From: a virus
Lineage: Duplodnaviria > Caudoviricetes
Direction: 5' to 3' (one strand)
DNA: 64,000 bases
IMG/VR virus record: IMGVR_UViG_3300025016_000004
Of this stretch, positions 48,031-57,594 are shown one piece after another (the stretch's first letter is position 1; each line of letters starts with the position of its first letter). The position numbers were made by a program, and so were the translations under genes. Below the pieces are notes generated by a model. That model was not told the origin of the DNA and searched no databases. It was given only the letters and a program-made list of their open reading frames with translations.

Positions 48031-49377
48031 ATGAATAATTTAATTGGTGTTAGTGGGGGCATTAAAGCTGGTAAAGACCTTGTAGGGCAGATGATTCAAT
48101 ATATTGGTGATGAAATTGCTGAACCAACATTTGAAGGCTTTCAAGAGTTTCAAGTTACATTTACATTTACATTATATACCAAATATCAAATAAAGAAATT
48201 CGCTGATAAACTTAAAGATTGCCTATGCCTTATTTTAGGTTGTACTAGGGAACAACTTGAAGATAGAGATTATAAGAATACTGAATTAAGTGAAGATTGG
48301 TGGTATTATAAAGGAAATACTGGAATTTATCTTTATAATACTCCTTATAAAAGTAATAAGAAATTACCTCTTATTAAATTAACTCCTAGACTTTTACTTC
48401 AATTATTAGGTACTGAATGTGGTAGAAATATTATTCATCCAAATATTTGGTGCAACTCGCTTTTTTCTGACTACACAGGAGATATTGAAACTTGGAAAAA
48501 TATTAAAAGTTATGAAGGATTATACCAAATCTCTTCTTTTGGTAATGTAAAAAGTTTGGATAGAAAAATAACTTATGGTAATCATAAAGGAGAATACCAC
48601 ACTAGAAAAGGACAATTATTAAAACCTACTTTAAGTGGTGGATATGCAACAGTATCGTTAAGTGGAATTACTTACACTGTACATAGTTTAGTGGCTAGAC
48701 ATTTTTTGAAACAACCTGAAGGTAAAGATTATGTGATTAATCATATTGATTACAATAAAGAAAATAACTTTTATAAAAATCTTGAGTGGGTTAAACAAGC
48801 AGATAATGTAAGATATAATTATAAAGTAGGTAAAGCTAATATAGGAGAAAAGCAAAAAGATGCTAAACTTACAGATACTATTGTTTTACAAATTAAAGAC
48901 TGGTTATTTTCTGGAAAATATACCAATACTGAAATAGCAAGAAGAGTTAATGTATCACCTACAACTATTACAGATATAAAAAAAGGAAGGAAATGGAAGC
49001 ATGTAGGTAAAGAAATAGAAGAAATTCAACCAATATTACCTGAACCTACCTCTAACTGGATTATAACTGACGTTAGATTTCCTGAAAATGAAGGTAAAGC
49101 TGTTAGTGATAGAGGCGGTTTATTGATTGGCGTTAGACGAAAATTTGGGTTAAGATTTCCAGAGTATGCATTTCGTGAAATGCCTGATGACCCATATGCC
49201 ATACCATCAATGCTACAGAATGATGACGAAAAGTTATTTGATACTTTAACTCATGAGTCCGAGGTAAATATGGGTGACCATTCATGGTGTGATGTAGTAA
49301 TAGAAAACAACGGAACGGTTGAAGAGTTATTCAATGAAGTTTTGAAAGCTGTTTATTATAAAAAAGAATTAGTATGA
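48031..49377 (+). CDS. dNMP kinase-like protein with in-frame NUMOD4-HNH-HTH insertion (frame open from 47770)
   Basis: GVSGGIKAGKD, LQLLGTECGR..IW, WIITDVRF; insert WKNIKSYEGLYQISSFG..VHSLVA..NHID..NLEW. Confidence 0.85.
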   Translation: MNNLIGVSGGIKAGKDLVGQMIQYIGDEIAEPTFEGFQEFQVTFTFTLYTKYQIKKFADKLKDCLCLILGCTREQLEDRDYKNTELSEDWWYYKGNTGIYLYNTPYKSNKKLPLIKLTPRLLLQLLGTECGRNIIHPNIWCNSLFSDYTGDIETWKNIKSYEGLYQISSFGNVKSLDRKITYGNHKGEYHTRKGQLLKPTLSGGYATVSLSGITYTVHSLVARHFLKQPEGKDYVINHIDYNKENNFYKNLEWVKQADNVRYNYKVGKANIGEKQKDAKLTDTIVLQIKDWLFSGKYTNTEIARRVNVSPTTITDIKKGRKWKHVGKEIEEIQPILPEPTSNWIITDVRFPENEGKAVSDRGGLLIGVRRKFGLRFPEYAFREMPDDPYAIPSMLQNDDEKLFDTLTHESEVNMGDHSWCDVVIENNGTVEELFNEVLKAVYYKKELV

Positions 49378-49521
49378 GTTTATTTAGTGTAGCTTTTAGA
49401 GATAAATTAGGTCTATATATTAAGCTATAATCATAGAGAAAAACAATCAAAATTAGGTGACTTTTATCACTTTTTTTGATATTTATAGTATAGGGAATTT
49501 TACAAAAAACGTTTTAAAAAT

Positions 49522-49791
49522 ATGCAAATATTAGTTAGTATTGATGGCGATGGACACTTCATGGCCGCATATCCAAGTGATAGAAAATCAGTGATAAAAT
49601 TATTAGAAAGTATCAATGATGGTGATTATTATTATGACATTATAAATGATAATGGAATAAAATTACCTTCTGATATATCAACTATGTGCTGTCAAGATTG
49701 GGATGATTTTATCCAAAATTTTACCCAAAGAGGTATGTTAGAATATGTAGAAATTCCTAATATAATTCCTAAAGCTTGTGAGTGTGTATAA
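49522..49791 (+). CDS. Hypothetical protein
   Basis: ORF after ATATTTATA. Confidence 0.6.
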   Translation: MQILVSIDGDGHFMAAYPSDRKSVIKLLESINDGDYYYDIINDNGIKLPSDISTMCCQDWDDFIQNFTQRGMLEYVEIPNIIPKACECV

Positions 49792-49871
49792 AAATAAATC
49801 ACAAAAAACGGGGTTTATATACCTAAAAAGCGTACATTTGCTTTAATTAACAAAAAAATTTATTATATTGT

Positions 49872-50402
49872 ATGGATGTAACCAAGATTACAAAAGTCTC
49901 TGTCTTCGATTTTGACGGTACGTTAATAGACACTACGATGCCTGATGAGGGTAAAAAATTATGGAAAGAGAAAACTGGTGAAGACTTCCCACACAAAGGT
50001 TGGTGGAGTAAAAGAGAGTCACTTGATTTAAACATTTTCCCTAATAACGCCTTTGATGATATGGAAAGTGAATTTAATAAAGCCAAATCACAACCTGATA
50101 CTTTTGTAGCATTATGCACTGGTAGAATCACACCATTAACAAATCAAGTTAAAGCTATTTTAAAGAAACATGGTTTTAAGTTTGATGACGTTGTTTTAAC
50201 TGGTGATAAGAGATTTAACAACGGAGCTAATAACACATTATCATTTAAAATAAACTATCTAAATTCATTACAAAAACAATTTCCAAATTTAAAAGAAATT
50301 ACTTTTTTTGATGACCGTAAAATACATACCGATGCATTTTTAGAATGGGGAAAAACACAAAAAATTACATTTAACCATCATTTAGTTGAACGTGGGGAGT
50401 AA
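49872..50402 (+). CDS. HAD phosphatase, RNA-repair (Swiss-army-knife-like) type
   Basis: VFDFDGTL, WWS, LCTGR, FFDDR. Confidence 0.78.
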   Translation: MDVTKITKVSVFDFDGTLIDTTMPDEGKKLWKEKTGEDFPHKGWWSKRESLDLNIFPNNAFDDMESEFNKAKSQPDTFVALCTGRITPLTNQVKAILKKHGFKFDDVVLTGDKRFNNGANNTLSFKINYLNSLQKQFPNLKEITFFDDRKIHTDAFLEWGKTQKITFNHHLVERGE

Positions 50403-50486
50403 TACACCACGTAAAAAGACAAGAAAATCATTACGACACCAACATGTAAAACACTAAATAATTATAAATTTTAACCTAATTAAATA

Positions 50487-51341
50487 ATGAAATCAGTCGA
50501 AATTAAACAATCTATCACAAATCGTGACTCTCATGCCTTGAAGTCATACTTCCAAGAACTTGCAAAAATAAAAGTTTTAAAACATGACGAAGAATACGAG
50601 ATAGCTTACTTAGCCTTTAATGGTAATGAAAAAGCTAAAGAATTATTAGTAAAACATAACCTAAGATTTGTTATAAGTGTTGCAAAACAATACGAAAAAT
50701 CTCAGCTTAGACTTGAAGATTTAATCAATGAGGGTAATATAGGATTGGTTATCGCTTCATCTAAATTTGACCCATCAAGAGGTTTTAAATTCTTATCATA
50801 TGCAGTATACTGGATTAGACGTTATATTTTATCTTTTATTGCTGAAAATGGTAAAACAATTAGATTACCAAATAACAAAATTAACGTTATTACCAAGATA
50901 AAAGAAGAATTTAATATTCTTGAACAAAAATTACAAAGGTCACCATGTTATGATGAAGTTGTACATGCATTAGATGGTGTTTTTTGTGAAGAAGATGTGG
51001 CATTTTATTTTGATTCAATTGATACTCATACAATCTCTTTAGATGCTGAAATGGGTCATGAAGGTTCAACAACAGCCTTGTATAATCTTATTCAAGAAAC
51101 CAATAACATTGATGCATCACACTATCTAGATGAAGAAGATACTAAAAAACGTCAAAACGCCATTTTAAATCTTTTAGATAAAGATATTGAGCGTGAAGTT
51201 GTTAAATTAATCTACGGTTTGGATGGGCAAGAACCTATACCGCTTAAGACAATAGGCTTCTTATTAGGTATTACAGCTGAGAGAGTTAGACAAATCAGAG
51301 ATGAGTCTTTGGAGAAATTAAAATTAAATTTAGTAAAATAA
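50487..51341 (+). CDS. Sigma70 factor, Bacteroidota RpoD-like (paralog 2)
   Basis: NLRFVISVAKQY, RGFKFLSYAVYWIRR. Confidence 0.93.
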   Translation: MKSVEIKQSITNRDSHALKSYFQELAKIKVLKHDEEYEIAYLAFNGNEKAKELLVKHNLRFVISVAKQYEKSQLRLEDLINEGNIGLVIASSKFDPSRGFKFLSYAVYWIRRYILSFIAENGKTIRLPNNKINVITKIKEEFNILEQKLQRSPCYDEVVHALDGVFCEEDVAFYFDSIDTHTISLDAEMGHEGSTTALYNLIQETNNIDASHYLDEEDTKKRQNAILNLLDKDIEREVVKLIYGLDGQEPIPLKTIGFLLGITAERVRQIRDESLEKLKLNLVK

Positions 51342-51365
51342 TTTTGTATTTTAATTAATTTTTAT

Positions 51366-51665
51366 AAAAGGGAGCGTAAAACCCACAGGTCTTTAGCCTG
51401 TGGGATGTAAGCGACTAACCTTGTGAAAGGATATACTCACGAATGGTATCAGGAGAAGCCTCACCGATTGAGCAAACGAAATAACCATCTGACCAAAAAG
51501 TATGTTCTTTCCAAAAATGTTTAAATAAGAATGACCTGTGAGATGAACGCCAAATGTGATAAGTAATTTCGGGGTTAGGGACAACCCTTTGTACGCTAAC
51601 GTGAGCCATTAGGCTATGCGTTGTGCAAGAAGCCCACACATCTTTTTAGTGTGTGGGTAGTTCAC
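51366..51665 (+). mobile_element. 300-bp internally deleted IS605 derivative (tnpA tail plus tnpB/omegaRNA tail)
   Basis: Right ~100 bp nearly identical to the 3' end of tnpB 22806-23924; TTTAT| left flank. Confidence 0.88.
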
Positions 51666-51847
51666 TACATAACATAGGGGTCAATTGGTATAATGGTCAG
51701 GGTAAATTATATAAAGAGTTTGGATATCCACCTTTCTGGAATGAACCTGAAAACCTAGAATTAATATAATATTTTACGTCTTTTTATTACTTTTCAGTAT
51801 ATTTATAGTATAACTGTAATAAGTTTGATGTGTAAAGTTATAATATA

Positions 51848-52228
51848 ATGGAAAAAAATAAGATTAAAAAAATATTGCGAGAAATAAGTGTTGGGCTATC
51901 TGAAGCTCCCAACCCACATATTCAGCATGCTGTTAAGCCTAAATCTAACGATGAAGCGGCTAAAGATAACGATTATGAAAAAGTTGTCAAGTTATTAGAT
52001 AATGACCTTATCAATCATGCAGCAATTGTTCGTAGAATGAAAGGTGAAGAATGGTCTAATAATAGTGAAGCTACCAACAGGTCTAAATTCAGAAAGAAAG
52101 TTAAGAAAATGCAAAATGATGAAGGTGGTACTTACATGTTTGATGAAGATGAATTAGGACAAATTCAAAAAGTTCTTATGAATTTTTCTTCAACAATAAA
52201 TCATTCATTAGGTAGGCAAGGAAGATAA
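51848..52228 (+). CDS. Hypothetical protein with KIKKILRE-type N-terminus
   Basis: ATATTTATA upstream. Confidence 0.7.
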   Translation: MEKNKIKKILREISVGLSEAPNPHIQHAVKPKSNDEAAKDNDYEKVVKLLDNDLINHAAIVRRMKGEEWSNNSEATNRSKFRKKVKKMQNDEGGTYMFDEDELGQIQKVLMNFSSTINHSLGRQGR

Positions 52229-52229
52229 T

Positions 52230-52595
52230 TTGAGTAAAAAAGTAGACACTAATGACATTAAAAGTCTAATCGATAACATTCATGAGACTTTTGACCAATT
52301 ACTATCATTAAGAGAACAAGCTAAAAAAGAATTATCTGAATTAGATAAAGACTTATCAAATCAATATCATAATATTGAAGGTACTGAAATTGACCATATG
52401 TGTGATTCACATTTTATGGTCATGAAACTAAAAGATATTCTATATCAACGAAGAACAGCTAAAATTAATCATACGTTATTGGAATCATTTATCACTGCCC
52501 TAGATTTAAATATGAGGAAAACTAAAAAACGGACCGCTGAGATAGTTAAACGACATGACGAAGTAATACAAGAAATTATAAATAGAGCCAAGTGA
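52230..52595 (+). CDS. Hypothetical coiled-coil protein
   Basis: Stop supplied by IS right end; the empty site would read RAK-TAA. Confidence 0.65.
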   Translation: MSKKVDTNDIKSLIDNIHETFDQLLSLREQAKKELSELDKDLSNQYHNIEGTEIDHMCDSHFMVMKLKDILYQRRTAKINHTLLESFITALDLNMRKTKKRTAEIVKRHDEVIQEIINRAK

Positions 52596-52596
52596 A

Positions 52597-53793
52597 CTAC
52601 CCACCCACAGCATAGCTGATGGGATGGGCTTCTGGTTTCATAGAGTGTGCTTTGTTGCCAAAGTCTGATTTACTCTCCACCTTTGTAATCGCAAGTTCCT
52701 CACGATATATTTTTAACCCTTCATTTAAGATATTGGTGCTTGCATTTAAATCACGGTCTAATTTATGACCATTATTGCAAGTCCACTCTCTATCTGAAAG
52801 ATTTAAGTCTTGATTTATATATCCACAAACACTACAAGTCTTACTTGAGGGATACCAACGATTGATTTTAACAACAGTTTTATCATTCCAATTTGCTTTG
52901 TACTCAACAAATCTAACAAACGTACCCCAACTTGCATCAGAGATATGTTTGGATAATTTTCTGTTTTTAACCATTCCTTTAATATTTAAATCTTCAAGGC
53001 ATATTACATCATAATTATTTACAATTTCATTACTTACTTTATGTAATACATCTTGCCTTGTGTTTGTGATTTTCTCGTGAATTAAGGCAACTTTGAGTTT
53101 TTGTTTTTCAAACCCATTACTACCATTCTGTTTACGAGAAAGATGTTGTTGTGCTTTCTTTAATTTTCTTTCATATCTTTTTGTGTATCTATTATTTTTA
53201 TACTTTATTCCATCAGAAGTGATAGCAAAGTCTTTTAAACCTAAATCTATTCCAACCGATTTATAAGTTTTTTTACTTGGATGATATTCTTGTTCAGTGA
53301 AAATTGAAACAAAATACTTCCCAGTTGGAGTTTTAGATATTGTGAATTTACCCACCTCACCTTTAATTTCTCTATGAATATTCACCTTAATACCACCTTT
53401 AAATTTAGGTGCGTATATTCTGCCATCCATAACTTTAGTATGTTGTGGTACTGTAAATGTATTTTTATTCTTTTTTGATTTAAATCTTGGGAACTTAGCG
53501 TTACCTCTAAAGAAGTTCACATAAGCGGTGTCTAAAGAGCGTAAAGCAAATTGAAGTGTTTGGCTATTCACTTCTTTCAACCAAATGGTGTCTTCTTGTT
53601 TTTTTAATTCAGTTAATGTTTTGGCTTGTCCGTAATAGTTATCGGTTTTTTTATCTGCTTGATACTGTTCCTTACGTTCATTTAAAAAGTGATTGTAAAT
53701 ATACCTAACACAACCAAAGTGCTTATCCAATAAGGTTTTCTGCTCCTTATTAGGTAATAATTCAAATTTATATGTTCTGTGTATATTCTTCAC
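52597..53793 (-). CDS. tnpB: IS605 TnpB
   Basis: GIDLGL, CLEDL, SKTCSVCG, DRDLNAS. Confidence 0.95.
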   Translation of the reverse strand: MKNIHRTYKFELLPNKEQKTLLDKHFGCVRYIYNHFLNERKEQYQADKKTDNYYGQAKTLTELKKQEDTIWLKEVNSQTLQFALRSLDTAYVNFFRGNAKFPRFKSKKNKNTFTVPQHTKVMDGRIYAPKFKGGIKVNIHREIKGEVGKFTISKTPTGKYFVSIFTEQEYHPSKKTYKSVGIDLGLKDFAITSDGIKYKNNRYTKRYERKLKKAQQHLSRKQNGSNGFEKQKLKVALIHEKITNTRQDVLHKVSNEIVNNYDVICLEDLNIKGMVKNRKLSKHISDASWGTFVRFVEYKANWNDKTVVKINRWYPSSKTCSVCGYINQDLNLSDREWTCNNGHKLDRDLNASTNILNEGLKIYREELAITKVESKSDFGNKAHSMKPEAHPISYAVGG

Positions 53794-53940
53794 TCTATTA
53801 TTAAATAGTCTAAACTTTTGTAAAAGTACAATATTTTATACGATTTGTTAAGTTTTTTGTAAATTTATTTCATTTGATGCCATATTTTGTTTAAATCATT
53901 TCGTCTTTGGTTGTAAATAATTTAAACAAAATACTACATT

Positions 53941-54345
53941 ATGCAATCAAATTACATTTCTACAAATCATTCAAAACATTATCTAAAAGCACATATCATA
54001 TTGGTTACAAAGTATCGTAAACCATTATTAGTTAATCAACTAAAGGAAGATATGTACTTAATATTCAACAATATCATAGATAATTCAGATTTTAGTGTAG
54101 AGGTCTTCGAGTCAGATATAGACCATATACATTTCCTTATCCGTTACATACCACGTCTTTCAATATCACAAATAGTCCGTAGGTTAAAACAAGAATCTAC
54201 ATATCGCATTTGGCAATTATACCCAACCTTACTTCGTAGAGAATACTGGTACAAAGATATGTTCTGGTCAGCAGGTTATTTCGTTTGTTCAATAGGTGAA
54301 GCAAGTCCAGAAACCATACGTCAATATATCTTATCACAAGGTTAG
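53941..54345 (+). CDS. tnpA: IS200 Y1 transposase
   Basis: DHIHFLI; near-identical protein to 24071-24475. Confidence 0.95.
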   Translation: MQSNYISTNHSKHYLKAHIILVTKYRKPLLVNQLKEDMYLIFNNIIDNSDFSVEVFESDIDHIHFLIRYIPRLSISQIVRRLKQESTYRIWQLYPTLLRREYWYKDMFWSAGYFVCSIGEASPETIRQYILSQG

Positions 54346-54694
54346 TGTGTCGCTTACATCCCATTGGTGAAACGACCAATGGGTTTTACGCTCCGTTTCG
54401 TATAAATTAAAAATTATTTGGTTTTTTCGTTTTTATAGCACCTGAAACAATCAGCCCGTTTTATGGCAATATTCGTATTCCCAGAAAATTAAAGAAAAAA
54501 GTTAAAGCCTTTGTCGGCACCTCATGGAGTAATAATGATAATGCTAGTAGATTATGGTATTACATGGAAAAAAGTAATCCAAATTATAAGCGATTTTTAA
54601 TAAAACAAATCTGTGAAGAAAAAAAACCAAGATTTTATTAGGATATATCAAACATTCTTTTTATCTTTGTATCATAATAATTAAAAACTACATC

Positions 54695-55180
54695 ATGGAA
54701 ATTACAAAAACATTAGAATTCAATTCAATTAAAACAATTAGATTAATCAACAAAGACCCTTTACTTCAAAGAGTGCACATCGACAAAACTGGTACATATG
54801 GTTTTAATACCTTATTAGAATCCGCTGAAAATGGTACGTTAACACCTAAAGAAGTTGAATCTCTTGAAACTATTCACCAAGATGTGATATTGGTTTCTGA
54901 TAGGCATAAACAACTTTATCAAGAAATTAAAATTAAACCTGACACACCTAGACGTTACGGTAAGAAACAAGTCTTGGTCGAAGTTAAAAAGCAAGGTGGT
55001 AAAGCAACTTCACAACAAGAAACGGCATTAGAAATAGCCGATTTAAAGGCTATAGCTGCTACTTTTAATAGTAGAGTTACATCTGATAGATATAAAGGCA
55101 CTAACAAGCTTACAGATGAGAAACAACGTATTATCAAAGCGGCCATTAGAGACCTTAAAAAGAAATTAAAAGCAATATAA
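54695..55180 (+). CDS. Hypothetical protein
   Basis: ORF after TATCTTTG. Confidence 0.65.
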   Translation: MEITKTLEFNSIKTIRLINKDPLLQRVHIDKTGTYGFNTLLESAENGTLTPKEVESLETIHQDVILVSDRHKQLYQEIKIKPDTPRRYGKKQVLVEVKKQGGKATSQQETALEIADLKAIAATFNSRVTSDRYKGTNKLTDEKQRIIKAAIRDLKKKLKAI

Positions 55181-55439
55181 TAAGATAAATACAAAAATGA
55201 AAAGTAACACAGGACAATTGATTAGATGTAGAAAATATAATATTAACAACAGCAATAGTAAAAACATCTAACAGTTATTGCTTATACAATTTGTTAGCCC
55301 AGTACGCTTTATTAGTAGAATTTTAAATTTGGAATATTTATATATAAAATAAAGGACAAATGGAATTGAGAAAATTTATAAAAACAATAATCAAAGAATA
55401 CTTAATGTCTGGTGCGGATTTTAAACAAAAAACTTTGAT

Positions 55440-57185
55440 ATGAAAAACGAACGTAGTAATAATATTTTTTTGAGCGAGGGCATTAACGTACTGTCTTTAT
55501 TTGATGGCATTAGTTGTGGACAAGTAGCTTTAGAACGTGCAGGAATTAAAGTAAATAAATACTTTGCTTCCGAGATTGACAAACACGCAATTAAGGTAAC
55601 TCAAAGCAACCACCCAAATACAAAACAGATTGGTGATGTAACCAAAGTAAAAGTAAAATTACTTTACTTATCGGAGGTTTATTCGTATATTTGCAATTAT
55701 GATAACAATTTACAAAGCAAAATTTCCGAATGGGAAATATTATATTGGCTTGACAAGAAATACGCTATGTCAACGAAAGTCGGAACACAAAAGTCGAATG
55801 AAGGACAAGAAGTACAAGAATTTACCACTTTACAATGCATTGAGGAAATACGGTTTTCAAACAATAGTATGGGAAGTATTACTAAAGGTAGGAACAATAC
55901 AGGAAGCAGAAAGAATGGAGATGAAAATGATTGTAGAAAACCCTTTAAACTACAATGTAGCAGCTGGGGGTATGACTATGAGTTTCACACCCGAAATTTG
56001 CAAGAAAATATTAGAGAGTCAAAAGGGAGTGCCAAAGACAGATATTCAGAAAAAGAGAATATCACAAACATTGAAGAAAAGATTTCAAGACAAAAAGGAG
56101 AGGGATTTAATTTCAAAGAAAACCAAAGAAGCGATGCGGACTCCAGAAGTGAGAAAGAAATACTTGGAGAGTCGGATGAAGATAGATTACGAAGAGAGGT
56201 CAAGAAAAAAGAAAGAGACCGAAAAGAAGAAGAGATTAATTCTATTGAAGAAATTATCAAAGAATTACAAAGATGGGATGAAGTTGACAAAATTGAAAAG
56301 AATTACTGGGATTTCTTACGACTTCATAAGGAGGAACAAGTCACGGTGGTTGAGTATGAGGGAGGATTAAACGTATTTAAAGGAAGAATAGACCTTTTAT
56401 GTGGTGGTTCTCCTTGCCAAGGATTTAGTTTTAGTGGTAAGCAATTGAACTTTGAAGACCCACGAAGTAAACTATTCTTTGAATTTGTTCGGTTGCTTAA
56501 TGAAGTGAAGCCTAAATACTGGCTACTTGAAAATGTGGTAATGAAGCAAGAATACCAAGACGTAATAAGCCAACATTTGGGTGTTGAGCCAGTAAAATTG
56601 AATAGTTCTTTAACTTCTGCTCAAAACCGTGTGAGATTGTATTGGGCAAACTTCGATATTACTGAACCAACCGACAAAGGAATAGGACTTGAAGATATTT
56701 TGGAAGATACTGAAATGATTGGCCCAAGTGCGATACGTGGCAGAAGATTGAATAAAGCCACTATTTTAGGGCGTAGATTAGATGAACTAGGTAAACGACA
56801 AGATTATGACAAAACCATACCAATTACGCAATGCCTTGAAGTAAGAGCAACTAATCGAGATAAAAGTAATTGCCTTACTACCGTAGCAAAAGACACGGTT
56901 TTAACGACAATGGAAATAGGGCGACACCCTGACGCTTTTAATAGGAAATTACCATTTAGGAACTACAATAAAATTGAAAGGTGTAGGTTGATGAATTTGC
57001 CTGACAATTATTGTGATGAGATAAGTGATAACCAAACAGTAAAAGCGACTGGTAATGGTTGGGAAGTTGGAATGATTACTCACATATTTAACCAAATGGC
57101 TGCCCAAGCAGACAAAGAGCGTGGGGAAGAAAAAAATATTATTACGGCTTATATGCACGAACCATCATTGAAAACGGGAACGTAG
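55440..57185 (+). CDS. DNA (cytosine-5) methyltransferase with ~245-aa insert before motif IV
   Basis: FDGISCG, GGSPCQ, ENV, QNRVRLYW, GNGW. Confidence 0.9.
   Translation: MKNERSNNIFLSEGINVLSLFDGISCGQVALERAGIKVNKYFASEIDKHAIKVTQSNHPNTKQIGDVTKVKVKLLYLSEVYSYICNYDNNLQSKISEWEILYWLDKKYAMSTKVGTQKSNEGQEVQEFTTLQCIEEIRFSNNSMGSITKGRNNTGSRKNGDENDCRKPFKLQCSSWGYDYEFHTRNLQENIRESKGSAKDRYSEKENITNIEEKISRQKGEGFNFKENQRSDADSRSEKEILGESDEDRLRREVKKKERDRKEEEINSIEEIIKELQRWDEVDKIEKNYWDFLRLHKEEQVTVVEYEGGLNVFKGRIDLLCGGSPCQGFSFSGKQLNFEDPRSKLFFEFVRLLNEVKPKYWLLENVVMKQEYQDVISQHLGVEPVKLNSSLTSAQNRVRLYWANFDITEPTDKGIGLEDILEDTEMIGPSAIRGRRLNKATILGRRLDELGKRQDYDKTIPITQCLEVRATNRDKSNCLTTVAKDTVLTTMEIGRHPDAFNRKLPFRNYNKIERCRLMNLPDNYCDEISDNQTVKATGNGWEVGMITHIFNQMAAQADKERGEEKNIITAYMHEPSLKTGT
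55699..56370 (+). CDS. GIY-YIG/NUMOD3-like homing endonuclease overprinted in the +1 frame of the methylase
   Basis: TIYK..KYYIGLT..R..EH..LYNALRKYG..YNV..GG; own TATATTTG promoter at 55686. Confidence 0.88.
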   Translation: MITIYKAKFPNGKYYIGLTRNTLCQRKSEHKSRMKDKKYKNLPLYNALRKYGFQTIVWEVLLKVGTIQEAERMEMKMIVENPLNYNVAAGGMTMSFTPEICKKILESQKGVPKTDIQKKRISQTLKKRFQDKKERDLISKKTKEAMRTPEVRKKYLESRMKIDYEERSRKKKETEKKKRLILLKKLSKNYKDGMKLTKLKRITGISYDFIRRNKSRWLSMRED

Positions 57186-57271
57186 CACTTGCAGCTAACG
57201 GTTGTGTGTATGAAACGTAGCCATAGTAAACAGTTGATATAAACCACAGACCTTGATTGGGTATGTTTTAT

Positions 57272-57454
57272 AAAGGAGCGTAAAACCCATTCATCGCTTT
57301 AGCGTGAATGGGATGTAAGCGACAAAATTTTTATTAACTCTGGTTGTGGTATGCAGTCGGAGTATAAACAAAAACGGGATGAGGCGTTACCATTAGGTGA
57401 GTCTGTGACCCCCGAAGCCCAACCCATCGCCTCTGGCGTGGGTGGGTAGTTCAC
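57272..57454 (+). mobile_element. 183-bp non-autonomous IS605 derivative (promoter deleted)
   Basis: Same ends and tail as the 37952 copy. Confidence 0.88.
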
Positions 57455-57560
57455 GTTACATTTAAACCAAATCAAATTAAATCGGTTGATAATGATGGAA
57501 CTTGGGATATTGGGGATAATAACATTTTTTCTTAAATTTGTGTGGTGGGAGAAAAAATAA

Positions 57561-57594
57561 AACAATGAAAGATTTGAAACAATGAAAGATTTGA
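57561..57594 (+). repeat. 17-bp tandem duplication spanning a start codon
   Basis: AACAATGAAAGATTTGA x2. Confidence 0.9.

Larger units (their letters stand above)
52592..54401 (-). mobile_element. Complete IS605-type element (divergent tnpA/tnpB)
   Basis: RE GTGAACTACCC at 52592; LE ..TTTTACGCTCCGTTTCGT|ATAAA (TTTAT target on minus strand). Confidence 0.93.

Noticed and set aside
48475-49050. Intein in the dNMP kinase
   Set aside because: No Cys/Ser block A at the start and no His-Asn block G at the end.
55650-56385. Group I intron or intein explanation of the methylase insert
   Set aside because: The insert is fully occupied by a promoter and the GIY-YIG ORF, with no intron core. There are no intein blocks, and the host frame is open.
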